This document shows positions 1-8,246 of a stretch of DNA of 64,000 bases, piece by piece. The position numbers were made by a program, and so were the translations under genes. The notes under the pieces are model-generated. The model saw nothing but the letters and a program-made list of their open reading frames with translations, was not told where the DNA came from and made no database searches. The stretch is from Candidatus Bathyarchaeia archaeon (GTDB lineage Archaea > Thermoproteota > Bathyarchaeia > Bathyarchaeales > Bathycorpusculaceae): positions 64,001 through 128,000 of the forward strand of contig JBEKBM010000003.1 in NCBI GenBank assembly GCA_050015395.1, read 5' to 3'. How positions within the stretch are numbered: position 1 is the first letter of the stretch; each line of letters begins with the position of its first letter.

Positions 1-68
1 ACAGGTTTTACTGCGATTTCAGATTTTGCAATCGCCTTCACCGGCGCTTTTTTTTGTTCTTCACTCAT
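1..68 (-). CDS. 5' end of a gene running off the window (MSEEQKKAPVKAIAKSEIAVKP...)
   Basis: ATG at 68 on the - strand, preceded by a GAGGTGA SD; open to the window edge. Confidence 0.6.
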   Translation of the reverse strand, partial: MSEEQKKAPVKAIAKSEIAVKP

Positions 69-206
69 TTTTTTCACCTCGATTAATTTATTATTAGAAT
101 CCTAAGAATACGATAATCAACTGTTGCCTTATTTTTGGATCGACGCAGTCCTCTTTTATGTTGTTGCCGCCGTTTTATTCCGGCGCGGGAAAAGAGACTT
201 TAGGGC

Positions 207-350
207 CTATTCTTTCTGGGCAATCCACGTTTTTATTGCTTCTTCGACAGCTTTGGACAAGTCGCCTTTTTTCCCGCCGAACCTCTCGACCGTTTGTAAT
301 CTGAGCTGCTTTTCCAACTCATTCGGGAGATCCACAGTAATTCGACCCAT
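207..350 (-). CDS. Small ribbon-helix-helix (CopG-like) DNA-binding protein, 47 aa
   Basis: Hand translation MGRITVDLPNELEKQLRLQTVERFGGKKGDLSKAVEEAIKTWIAQKE; GGTGA SD; below the ORF-track cutoff. Confidence 0.75.
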   Translation of the reverse strand: MGRITVDLPNELEKQLRLQTVERFGGKKGDLSKAVEEAIKTWIAQKE

Positions 351-628
351 ATTTAATCACCAACATAGTTTTTTTGTTGTACGGTTCCACGTGTCAAGCG
401 TTCTTCCAATAAGCGAACTGCCGGACTCCGAATTTTATTTTTGTTTGAGCTATCACTTTTCATTCACCTTTTCCGCTTATTGGCTTATCGACATAATCTA
501 CTATGTGCTTACGCACTTATATAGGTATTGGCTCAACCTAATTCTTGCTGAAAGAAGCCAGATGAACCAAACCTCAGAAACTCCAGAAACTCGCCAGCGA
601 GAACCACCAAATGATTTGAATATAATGA

Positions 629-651
629 TGCAGGAGGTGGGATTCGAACCC
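629..651 (-). repeat. tRNA-Leu 3'-end fragment (att-like direct repeat of 2221-2243)
   Basis: TGCAGGAGGTGGGATTCGAACCC vs TGCAGGGGGTGGGATTTGAACCC, 21/23 identical; T-arm plus acceptor 3' strand. Confidence 0.75.
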
Positions 652-976
652 TCACCATGCTGGAGATATCACCCGCAAACCCCTTTTTTTCTGCTTTACC
701 ATGAATTTCAGCTCTCCTCATTTCGCAAGTGAAATCCGGATGCATAAATCAAAGCAGTCACGGATCTCAACGGGAATCCTGAGAAGGCTTTCAAAGGAAC
801 TCGTGGGAAAACTTTGTTGTCCATCTCAAGAAACAAAATCATAAGGGGACATGATAGTTTTTGGAATATGATAACTTACTTTGATGCTTAACGCGGCGCG
901 GTAAAACCCTGATTACTCCTGTATCGACATCTCTTGAAGTGAAGCAAGCCCTCAAAAAGCGGATTAGAAATCCTGT

Positions 977-1930
977 CTACTTTATCCTTTTTGAGCAGTA
1001 TGGACAGATGTTCACGTCATCTCTAACAGTTCGTTTGCAATGTTGGCATACCCTTGTAAAGTGCGGCTGTTGAATATTAGTTGCCGGCCGATTAATGTTC
1101 GAGGGCTGATATGGCTGATAGGGCTGGTTAATCTTTGAGGGTTGATAGGACTGATAGGGCCGATTAATGTTCGAGGGCTGATAGGGCTTATAGGGCTGAT
1201 AAGGCCGATTAATGTTCGAGGGCTGATATGGCTGATAGGGCCGATTAATGTTCGAGGGCGCGTTAGACGTCATTGACGGAGTTGACGGCCTCGGCTCGTA
1301 ACGTGAGGCTTCCTCATATGGTAACGGTTTTTGTCTGCCGCGCATTACGTATACGGCAGTCATAAAAACAGCGAATGCTATCACAACTGCGGTTATGGCG
1401 ATCGCTAGCGGTGACCAAAATCCGCTGCTGCTCACGGTGACGGGGACATACGGGGTGCTAAACCCTGTTGATCCTGTTGATCCTGTGGACCCTGTGGGTG
1501 TCGCTGTGGGTGTCGCTGTGGGTGTTGGAGCTGTCCCTTGGGTGACGGTAAATGTTGCTGTGGCAACGCCTGTGGACCCCGTAGCGGTAATAGTATACGT
1601 GCCGGGAGATACTGACGGAACTGTGAATTCCTCGTATGCAATACCAATTGCACCTCCTGGTGGTGATATCACGTTTGCTGTCCCGACGTTTGTTGTGTCA
1701 AAGGTGATGCTTACTGAGGAGGATGTAAGGAACCCATTTATCGAGGCCATCACCGTCGTGCCTGCAGGACCCGTGGAAGGACTCAACGTTATGGACTGGG
1801 ACTGGGTTTGTGCCTTCGCCATTGGCGTTATTATTACTGCTAAAGTTAATATGCTTAGAAAAAGTAGAATAAGCGTTGCTTTGCTAAACCTTTTCTCCAT
1901 ATCAATAAAACACTTTTGCAATGCAATCAT
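977..1930 (-). CDS. Single-pass membrane protein: signal peptide, Ig-like (IPT/TIG-like) domain, PT/GST linker, TM, PSNINRPYQ repeats, C-terminal zinc ribbon
   Basis: ITLSPSTGPAGTTV motif; hydrophobic TM; CQHC...CPYC at the C-terminus. Confidence 0.8.
   Translation of the reverse strand: MIALQKCFIDMEKRFSKATLILLFLSILTLAVIITPMAKAQTQSQSITLSPSTGPAGTTVMASINGFLTSSSVSITFDTTNVGTANVISPPGGAIGIAYEEFTVPSVSPGTYTITATGSTGVATATFTVTQGTAPTPTATPTATPTGSTGSTGSTGFSTPYVPVTVSSSGFWSPLAIAITAVVIAFAVFMTAVYVMRGRQKPLPYEEASRYEPRPSTPSMTSNAPSNINRPYQPYQPSNINRPYQPYKPYQPSNINRPYQSYQPSKINQPYQPYQPSNINRPATNIQQPHFTRVCQHCKRTVRDDVNICPYCSKRIK
1086..1259 (-). repeat. Intragenic coding repeats, 4 copies of GGCCGATTAATGTTCGAGGGC
   Basis: Copies at 1086, 1158, 1203 and 1239; spacings 72/45/36 are multiples of 3; encode PSNINRP. 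Confidence 0.85.
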
Positions 1931-2217
1931 ACCTCTCCAAAATTATGTTGTCTTCTCGTAGATATAAGATTTGGCACGCTTCGGTGCGTAAAGTTTTTTA
2001 TCTTTTGAGAGCAGGATACGATAATTGGTGTCTTGTTTTTGCGGTGTCTCTTGGGCAGCTGAATTGCTGTGTTGAGATGTGTTGTCTTTTTCTCCGTGGT
2101 GTTGGAGGAGCGACCTAAGAGGCGCTCTGAGCCTTGAGCGAAATTGAGCAAAAAACCGAGCAAAACCATCATCAGACCCCGAGCCGTTGAGCGTAGAAAC
2201 AACCTTTTTGCTTATGT

Positions 2218-2305
2218 TGGTGCAGGGGGTGGGATTTGAACCCACGAACGCCTACGCGATAGGGTCCTAAGCCCTACTCCGTTGACCAGGCTTGGAGACC
2301 CCTGC
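2218..2305 (-). tRNA. tRNA-Leu(TAG), CCA encoded
   Basis: GCAGGGG/CCCCTGC acceptor, TAGGG-CTTAGGA-CCCTA anticodon arm, long variable arm, GTGGG-TTCAAAT-CCCAC T-arm. Confidence 0.95.
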
Positions 2306-2453
2306 AACTTGTTTATGCGAGTTTATTTTGCTTTCAAGACGAGGTAATCTTTGTACTAACTAATTAATATGAAGCTTTTCCTCAGTTCAGTAGATCCGTA
2401 AGTGGGTTAGCTTTGTGTGCTCTACTTCCTACGGGTAGGTGTAGTTATATACG

Positions 2454-2479
2454 TTTTGACGGTACATTTTGACGGTACA
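2454..2479. repeat. Perfect tandem direct repeat (TTTTGACGGTACA)x2
   Basis: Read directly, between the divergent tRNA-Leu and tRNA-Thr genes. Confidence 0.8.
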
Positions 2480-2758
2480 GTTGGGCTGGCGGTAAAGTTT
2501 GAGTGGTTTCTTGGCTTGGATTGCTCGGGCTTATGCAGGTGAACAGTCTTCGGCGTCGTTGAAGGCTTTCAAGCAGCCTTAAGCTGGCTTGCAACTATGC
2601 TTAGCAAGTAAAAAACGTTATAGCCAAGCAGGTGCCAGACACTTTCGGAACTACCGCAGTTGCAAGAGTTAATTGACTTGCAACATTGCTGTTTGCCGCA
2701 GGTTTAACCGTAAGCATTTTATTGCCAAGAAGCAGTTCTTTCACGGGAACACCCTTGA

Positions 2759-2835
2759 GCCTCGGTAGCCTAGCCCGGTGGGGCGTTACCTTGGTAAGGT
2801 AATGGTCGCGGGTCCAAATCCCGCTCGAGGCTCCA
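2759..2835 (+). tRNA. tRNA-Thr(GGT), CCA encoded, atypical T-loop TCCAAAT
   Basis: GCCTCGG/TCGAGGC acceptor, TTACC-TTGGTAA-GGTAA anticodon arm, GCGGG/CCCGC T-stem. Confidence 0.9.
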
Positions 2836-2844
2836 ATTCCACGC

Positions 2845-3069
2845 TTACTTTTCCGTTAATTCACGGAATTCTTCTTTGGTTAAACCCGCCTGCTGTATGA
2901 TTGCGAGCAGGGTGCCTTTCTTTATAGGGTCATGGCGGGGAACGGTGAGTTTGTGTTTTCCATCGGTTAAAAATATGTGGCTTCCTTTTTGACCAACAAC
3001 TTTGAATCCAGCTTTGTTGAGCGCTTTAATGACCTTTTGCCAGGAAGCGGAGGATAGCTTTTCAGACAG
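2845..3069 (-). CDS. hicA: HicA-family mRNA interferase toxin, apparent CTG start
   Basis: Hand translation (M)SEKLSSASWQKVIKALNKAGFKVVGQKGSHIFLTDGKHKLTVPRHDPIKKGTLLAIIQQAGLT...; GSH and VPxH motifs; overlaps the hicB stop; missed by the ORF track. Confidence 0.9.
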   Translation of the reverse strand: MSEKLSSASWQKVIKALNKAGFKVVGQKGSHIFLTDGKHKLTVPRHDPIKKGTLLAIIQQAGLTKEEFRELTEK

Positions 3070-3286
3070 TTATTTCCACTAGCTCTCTTTTTCGCTTAAG
3101 CTGGTCAAGTTCTTCGGGGAACGCTTCCAGATAACCTTCGATGGCTTCTTTTATGTTGGAAAGGGCTTCTTTACGGTTTTCTCCTTGACTGATTGCTCCG
3201 GGAAGTTCCACACATTGTGCAGAGTATCCGCCTTCTGGTTCCTCCCTAAGAATTACTGTAAACTTTCTACCTTTAATTTCCACCAT
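3062..3286 (-). CDS. hicB: HicB-family antitoxin
   Basis: EPEGGYSAQCVELPGAISQGENRKEALSNIKEAI motif; ATG at 3286 with GAGGAG SD. Confidence 0.9.
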   Translation of the reverse strand: MVEIKGRKFTVILREEPEGGYSAQCVELPGAISQGENRKEALSNIKEAIEGYLEAFPEELDQLKRKRELVEITV

Positions 3287-3398
3287 AAATTCTCCTCTTA
3301 TCATAAAAGACATAGTCTAAACGATATAAACTTTGACGCTAAAAAAATAGTATAGCCGCTTCTTGAAAAACAAATTCGGTGTCTGAAGAGAATTGTAT

Positions 3399-3449
3399 GT
3401 TATCTTGGTAAGGTAATGGTCGCGGGTCCAAATCCCGCCGAAGGCTCCA
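3399..3449 (+). repeat. tRNA-Thr 3'-part direct repeat (att-like copy 1)
   Basis: 47/51 identical to 2785-2835 (anticodon arm through CCA). Confidence 0.9.
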
Positions 3450-3488
3450 TCCGCCTGCCTTCCATAATTAACTTGAGTGCAAGCAAAA

Positions 3489-3512
3489 ATGCATATATAT
3501 GCATATGTGCAT
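3489..3512. promoter_or_regulatory. Palindromic operator upstream of vapB (ATGCATATATATGCAT plus an overlapping near-copy)
   Basis: Perfect 16-bp palindrome at 3489-3504 just before the vapB ATG; typical of TA autoregulation. Confidence 0.6.
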
Positions 3513-3522
3513 AAAATCATGT

Positions 3523-3753
3523 ATGACCAAAGTTATATCCCTCTCGAACGAGGCGTACCAAACTCTGAAGGATTCCAAGAAACCTGGGGAGTCTTTTTCA
3601 GATGTTGTTTTAAGGGTCGTTAAAACGAAAAAAAAGAAGTCGCTACTGGAGTTTTCAGGCAAATGGGCAGGCAACGATATAGACGAAGTGTTTGCGCAGA
3701 TAAAGAAAGATAGAGAGCAATCAGCTTCTCGGCAGGTCGACCTGTTCAAGTGA
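3523..3753 (+). CDS. vapB: VapB-type antitoxin (archaeal DUF217/RHH-like)
   Basis: MTKVISLSNEAYQTLKDSKKPGESFSDVVLR; overlaps the PIN gene. Confidence 0.85.
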   Translation: MTKVISLSNEAYQTLKDSKKPGESFSDVVLRVVKTKKKKSLLEFSGKWAGNDIDEVFAQIKKDREQSASRQVDLFK

Positions 3754-4139
3754 TCCTTGACACAGATTTATTGATTGCTTTACTGAAAGGAGAGACAGAA
3801 GCAAATAAAGCAATGGAACGGTTGGATGAGAATGGCAAACGAGTTGCAACTACAATACTCACGGCATATGAACTTTTGAGAGGAGCATACATTTCATCTA
3901 AACCAGAAAAAAACTTGGCTGAGGTTCATGAGTTGCTATCTAACATAGAGGTTTTAGATTTGACGTTGCAAGCGTGCGAAGAAACCTCTAAGATTTATCG
4001 AGACCTCCGGAAAGCTGGCTGCTTGATTGGCGAATTCGACACTTTGATAGCTGCAATAGCGAAAACGCATGCTGAGACACTTATGACAAGAGATGAACAT
4101 TTCACTCTTATTCGAGGAATAAATGTAGAAGAATGGTAA
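3750..4139 (+). CDS. vapC: VapC PIN-domain toxin
   Basis: ILDTD...YELLRG...FDTLIAA...TRDEHF acidic PIN residues. Confidence 0.92.
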   Translation: MILDTDLLIALLKGETEANKAMERLDENGKRVATTILTAYELLRGAYISSKPEKNLAEVHELLSNIEVLDLTLQACEETSKIYRDLRKAGCLIGEFDTLIAAIAKTHAETLMTRDEHFTLIRGINVEEW

Positions 4140-4158
4140 ACGTCGTTTCCTGTTGTTG

Positions 4159-4185
4159 GGTAAGGTAATGTTCGCGGGTCCAAAT
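4159..4185 (+). repeat. tRNA-Thr fragment direct repeat (att-like copy 2)
   Basis: GGTAAGGTAATGTTCGCGGGTCCAAAT, 26/27 identical to the tRNA. Confidence 0.85.
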
Positions 4186-4429
4186 TGAAGTCATTTTTTT
4201 TTAACCAAATTCACCCGTTTTGCCCTGTGAAAACAATAATCCAGACGCTAAATAAAAAAAGCAACTTAAAATAACCCTGACTAAAAGCGTCTACCTATAG
4301 ACCTACCCTGCTATTTGTAGCAAAAAAACAGCACAAAAAGCAACAACCGCAAAAATCGAAACAAAACCCATTCACGTTTCGAAACGTATAAGAGAAAAAC
4401 TCTGTTTCTCAAATAGCGAAGGCTCAACC

Positions 4430-6712
4430 TTGCGAGTAAAACTCAACGTCACCGGTATTGTTCAAGGCGTCGGTTTCCGCCCATTCATCTACCGCTTAGC
4501 CACAAAAAACGGCTTGGCAGGGTACGTTCGCAACAGGGGCGACGCTGGAGTAGAAATCCTCTTGGAAGGAGACGCGCAACGCATCAAGAGTTTTATGCAT
4601 GACTTAACTGAGAAAAAGCCGCCCTTAGCCCAAATTGATGCGGTTAAGTCTACTGAGCTTTCAGGCAAAAATCAACATGACAAATTCACGATTTATAAGA
4701 GTTCTGAGGAAGCGGAGTTTTCAGGCTCAATTATACCGCCGGACATCGCCATATGTAACGAGTGCCTAGCGGAGCTGCGCGACCCAAAAAACCCGCGTTA
4801 CGAATACTTCTTTATCACCTGCACCAATTGCGGGCCACGCTTCACAATCATCGAACGATTGCCCTACGACCGAGAAAACACCACTATGCGGGAGTTTCCC
4901 CTGTGCGGCTTCTGCCAAAAAGAATACAATGACCCAGCAAACAGGCGGTTTCACGCGCAAACCGTGGCTTGTCCAGAATGCGGTCCAAAAGCCTACTTAA
5001 CAACAAGAACTGGCGAACCAATCAAAGCTAAAGACCCAGTACGTGAAGCGGGAAAACTGTTATCCGAAGGCAATGTGCTTGCAATAAAAGGCTATGGCGG
5101 CTTCCACATTGCAGCATCAACCATGCAAGAGAAGCCTCTGGCGGCGCTTCGAACAACGAAGCATAGGCGCGAAAAACCCTTCGCAATCATGACAAAAAGT
5201 CTTGGGGCAGCAAAAAGTTTCGCCGAAGTAAGTTCGAAGGAGCAAGAACTGCTATCTTCCCCTGCACGCCCAATAGTACTGCTAAACAAAAGCGCCAGTT
5301 ACAATCTTTCACCTTTGGTTGCGCCGAACCTGCACAACGTCGGCGTCATGCTGCCCTACACTGGCTTGCACTACATGCTTTTTGACCGTGTTGATGACTT
5401 GGCGTTTGTGATGACAAGCGCCAACCCGCCAAACCAGCCAATCGTGAACGACAACACTGAAGCACTCAAAACATTAGGCAGCACAGTGGATTATTTCCTG
5501 TTTCACAACCGCAACATTGCCCACCGATGCGACGACTCAGTCATGCGCGTTCATGGTAGTCGCCAAGTGTTTCTTAGGCGAAGCCGAGGTTACGCTCCAG
5601 CACCAATCAGGCTCAAAGCTAAATCAAAACGGTGCGTCGTCGGTTTAGGCGGCGAACTAAACAACACAGCCTGCGTATTGCTTGATGACAAAGCCTTCAT
5701 CAGCCAACACATCGGCGACGTAGAAAACGTCGAAACACGAGCTTTCCTTCAAGAAGCCGCAAATCACCTCTACCAGTTAACCAACTGCCATGCCGAAATC
5801 GTGGTTTGCGATTTGCACCCGAAATTCACCACTACTGCTTTAGCCCAAGAGATGGCGGAAGCGGACGGTTCACCGCTGATTCAGGTGCAACATCACCACG
5901 CGCACGCCGCCGCTTTAATGGCAGAGCACAACTTAGAAGAGGCTGTTACTGTTGTTTGCGACGGGTACGGCTACGGCACGGCTGGCGAGGCTTGGGGCGG
6001 CGAAATCTTGTTTTGCACGCGTGAGTCGGCGGAGTTTAAGCGGCTTGGGCATCTGGAACCGCAACCATTGCTTGGTGGAGATGTGGCTAGCCGTTACCCC
6101 TTGCGTGTAGCCGCTGGAATGCTCGCTAAAGCTGGCGTAGAGGTTGAGCCTTGGCTGATGCAGAACAGTGCGCATTTGCCTTTCGGCGAAACTGAAGCCA
6201 ACCTGATTATTGGCCAACTTGCAAAAGGCTTTGGAACGGTTGAAACTACGAGTTGCGGCAGAGTTTTAGACGCGGTTGCTGCCGTTTTAGGCGTATGTTA
6301 CGAGCGCAGTTATGAGGGTGAGCCAGCCATGAAACTGGAATCAGCCGCGGTAAATGGCAAAGATGTTTTGAACCTAAAGCCAATCTTGCATGGAGGCATG
6401 CTGGATACTACGACCATGCTGAGATCAATCTTTGAAAACAAAGAGAACTTATCCATAGGCGATTTAGCTTATTCTGCTCATGCTTACTTGGCAAAAGGTT
6501 TAGCTTCTTTAGCGGTAGAGAAAGCTTTGGTGCTAGGCGTTAGAGACGTTGGCTTTTCGGGTGGCGCTGCCTGCAACCAGATACTTGCTAAAGTCATGCG
6601 TGAGATTGTTGAGGAGGCTGGGCTGTGGTTTCTGGTTCATGAGGCTGTTCCAGCTGGGGACGGGGGAGTTTCGTTCGGTCAGGCAGTTGTAGGTGGATTT
6701 TCACGGTTTTAG
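4430..6712 (+). CDS. hypF: [NiFe]-hydrogenase maturation carbamoyltransferase
   Basis: GIVQGVGFRPF acylphosphatase domain, two CxxC-x18-CxxC zinc fingers, QHHHAH, GDGG. Confidence 0.97.
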   Translation: MRVKLNVTGIVQGVGFRPFIYRLATKNGLAGYVRNRGDAGVEILLEGDAQRIKSFMHDLTEKKPPLAQIDAVKSTELSGKNQHDKFTIYKSSEEAEFSGSIIPPDIAICNECLAELRDPKNPRYEYFFITCTNCGPRFTIIERLPYDRENTTMREFPLCGFCQKEYNDPANRRFHAQTVACPECGPKAYLTTRTGEPIKAKDPVREAGKLLSEGNVLAIKGYGGFHIAASTMQEKPLAALRTTKHRREKPFAIMTKSLGAAKSFAEVSSKEQELLSSPARPIVLLNKSASYNLSPLVAPNLHNVGVMLPYTGLHYMLFDRVDDLAFVMTSANPPNQPIVNDNTEALKTLGSTVDYFLFHNRNIAHRCDDSVMRVHGSRQVFLRRSRGYAPAPIRLKAKSKRCVVGLGGELNNTACVLLDDKAFISQHIGDVENVETRAFLQEAANHLYQLTNCHAEIVVCDLHPKFTTTALAQEMAEADGSPLIQVQHHHAHAAALMAEHNLEEAVTVVCDGYGYGTAGEAWGGEILFCTRESAEFKRLGHLEPQPLLGGDVASRYPLRVAAGMLAKAGVEVEPWLMQNSAHLPFGETEANLIIGQLAKGFGTVETTSCGRVLDAVAAVLGVCYERSYEGEPAMKLESAAVNGKDVLNLKPILHGGMLDTTTMLRSIFENKENLSIGDLAYSAHAYLAKGLASLAVEKALVLGVRDVGFSGGAACNQILAKVMREIVEEAGLWFLVHEAVPAGDGGVSFGQAVVGGFSRF

Positions 6713-6762
6713 ACCAATTTCTTTTTATCGCCGTTCTATGCGTGCTTAATAATTGATAGAGT

Positions 6763-6987
6763 ATGTGTTTAGCAATTCCCGCCAAAGTAATGAATGTTGA
6801 CGGCAGCAAAGCCAACGTGGATTTCGGTCAAGGCGTGCTTCGGGAAGTTAACGTGTCGCTTGTTGAGGCTAAAGTGGGCGATTACGTTCTGGTTCACGCT
6901 GGCTACGCTATTCAAGTTATCGAAGAAAAAGAAGCCTTAGAAACCCTGAGCTTATGGAATAGCATTCTTGAAGCTACCCCACAATAA
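6763..6987 (+). CDS. hypC: Hydrogenase maturation chaperone
   Basis: MCLAIPAKV...GDYVLVHAGYAI. Confidence 0.97.
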   Translation: MCLAIPAKVMNVDGSKANVDFGQGVLREVNVSLVEAKVGDYVLVHAGYAIQVIEEKEALETLSLWNSILEATPQ

Positions 6988-7008
6988 AGCAGCAGGTGAG
7001 CGATAGGC

Positions 7009-8097
7009 ATGGCTGAAAACCTAAAGTTCAGAAACCCCGAACTGGCGCAAAATATAGCGTCAAAAATCAAAAGCTTAGCGCCGAAAGCTGGAAAAATAAA
7101 AATCTGCCACGTCTGCGGAACCCACGAGTGGACAATAACGCATTATGGCTTGCGTAGTCTTTTGCCTGAGAATGTTGAGGTTATTGCTGGTCCAGGATGC
7201 CCCGTTTGCATTGTGCCAGCGGCTGAAATTGATGAAGCTGTACAGTTAGCACAGATGGGCATCGTGGTCACATGTTTCGGTGACGTGTTGCGTGTGCCCG
7301 GTAGCCAAATGTCGCTTTTAGAGGCTAAAGCGGCTGGCGCTGACGTCCGAATTGTATATGCGGTTTCTGACGCGGTTGAAATGGCAAAACATGAGCCCCA
7401 GAAGCAGTTTGCATTTTTCGCGGTCGGTTTCGAAACCACTGCTCCATCAACAGCGGTCGAAGCACTCGGCAACCCGCCAAAAAACCTTAGTTTTCTAGTT
7501 TCTCACCGTTTGATTCCTCCAGCCATGGAGCTGCTGCTCGGTGTGGGCGATTTGCAGATTGACGGTTTCATTGCGCCGGGGCATGTGAGTGCGATTATTG
7601 GTTTGAAGCCTTATGAGTTGTTTCCAAGGGTTTATCGGATGCCAACGGTTGTGGCTGGTTTTGAGCCGATTGACGTGTTGATGGCTATTTACATGATTGT
7701 AAAGCAGCAAAGCGAAGGGACGGCTAAGCTGGAGAATGAGTATCCGCGTGTGGTTAAGCCTGAAGGCAACATAAAGGCGCTGGAAATGATGAATAAAGCG
7801 TTCACTGTCACAGGCGGCAACTGGCGTGGCATCGGCAGGCTTCCAGACTCAGCGTTGCAGTTGCGTGAGTCGCTTGCAGATTACGATGCAAGGTTAAAAT
7901 ATGGTGTCCATGTAGAGCAGGGCAAAGATATACTGCTTGGCTGCGAATGCCACCTAGTAATCATCGGAAAAATCAAGCCCGACGAGTGCCCTATGTTCTT
8001 AAAGGCTTGCACGCCCGAGAAACCCGTCGGCGCATGCATGGTCAGCAACGAAGGCACCTGCAGGGTCTGGGCAAAAAACGTGGCTGCCCAAGGGTAG
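7009..8097 (+). CDS. hypD: Hydrogenase maturation protein
   Basis: VCGTHE, GPGCPVC, GFETT, PGHVS, CMVSNEGTC. Confidence 0.97.
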   Translation: MAENLKFRNPELAQNIASKIKSLAPKAGKIKICHVCGTHEWTITHYGLRSLLPENVEVIAGPGCPVCIVPAAEIDEAVQLAQMGIVVTCFGDVLRVPGSQMSLLEAKAAGADVRIVYAVSDAVEMAKHEPQKQFAFFAVGFETTAPSTAVEALGNPPKNLSFLVSHRLIPPAMELLLGVGDLQIDGFIAPGHVSAIIGLKPYELFPRVYRMPTVVAGFEPIDVLMAIYMIVKQQSEGTAKLENEYPRVVKPEGNIKALEMMNKAFTVTGGNWRGIGRLPDSALQLRESLADYDARLKYGVHVEQGKDILLGCECHLVIIGKIKPDECPMFLKACTPEKPVGACMVSNEGTCRVWAKNVAAQG

Positions 8098-8246
8098 GGC
8101 GAGCCATTGTATGACGATTCATTTACCTTGTGGACAAAAATCCGATTAAACACTTTACTAATTTGTCGAAGTGAGGAACACAAAGGGCTTAGCGCAAGTC
8201 ATAAATCGTTGGGCGCTGAATAGAATAATTGTTCGGGGCATATACA

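Noticed and set aside
124-732. 202-aa + strand ORF
   Set aside because: No recognisable motifs; it overlaps the convincing - strand RHH gene and a tRNA fragment.
1086-1259. Four 21-bp repeats that look like a mini-CRISPR
   Set aside because: Spacers are themselves repetitive and of irregular length (multiples of 3), lie in frame inside a CDS, and no cas genes are present.
1395-1961. 188-aa + strand ORF with PVD/VAVG repeats
   Set aside because: Antisense shadow of the repetitive membrane protein.
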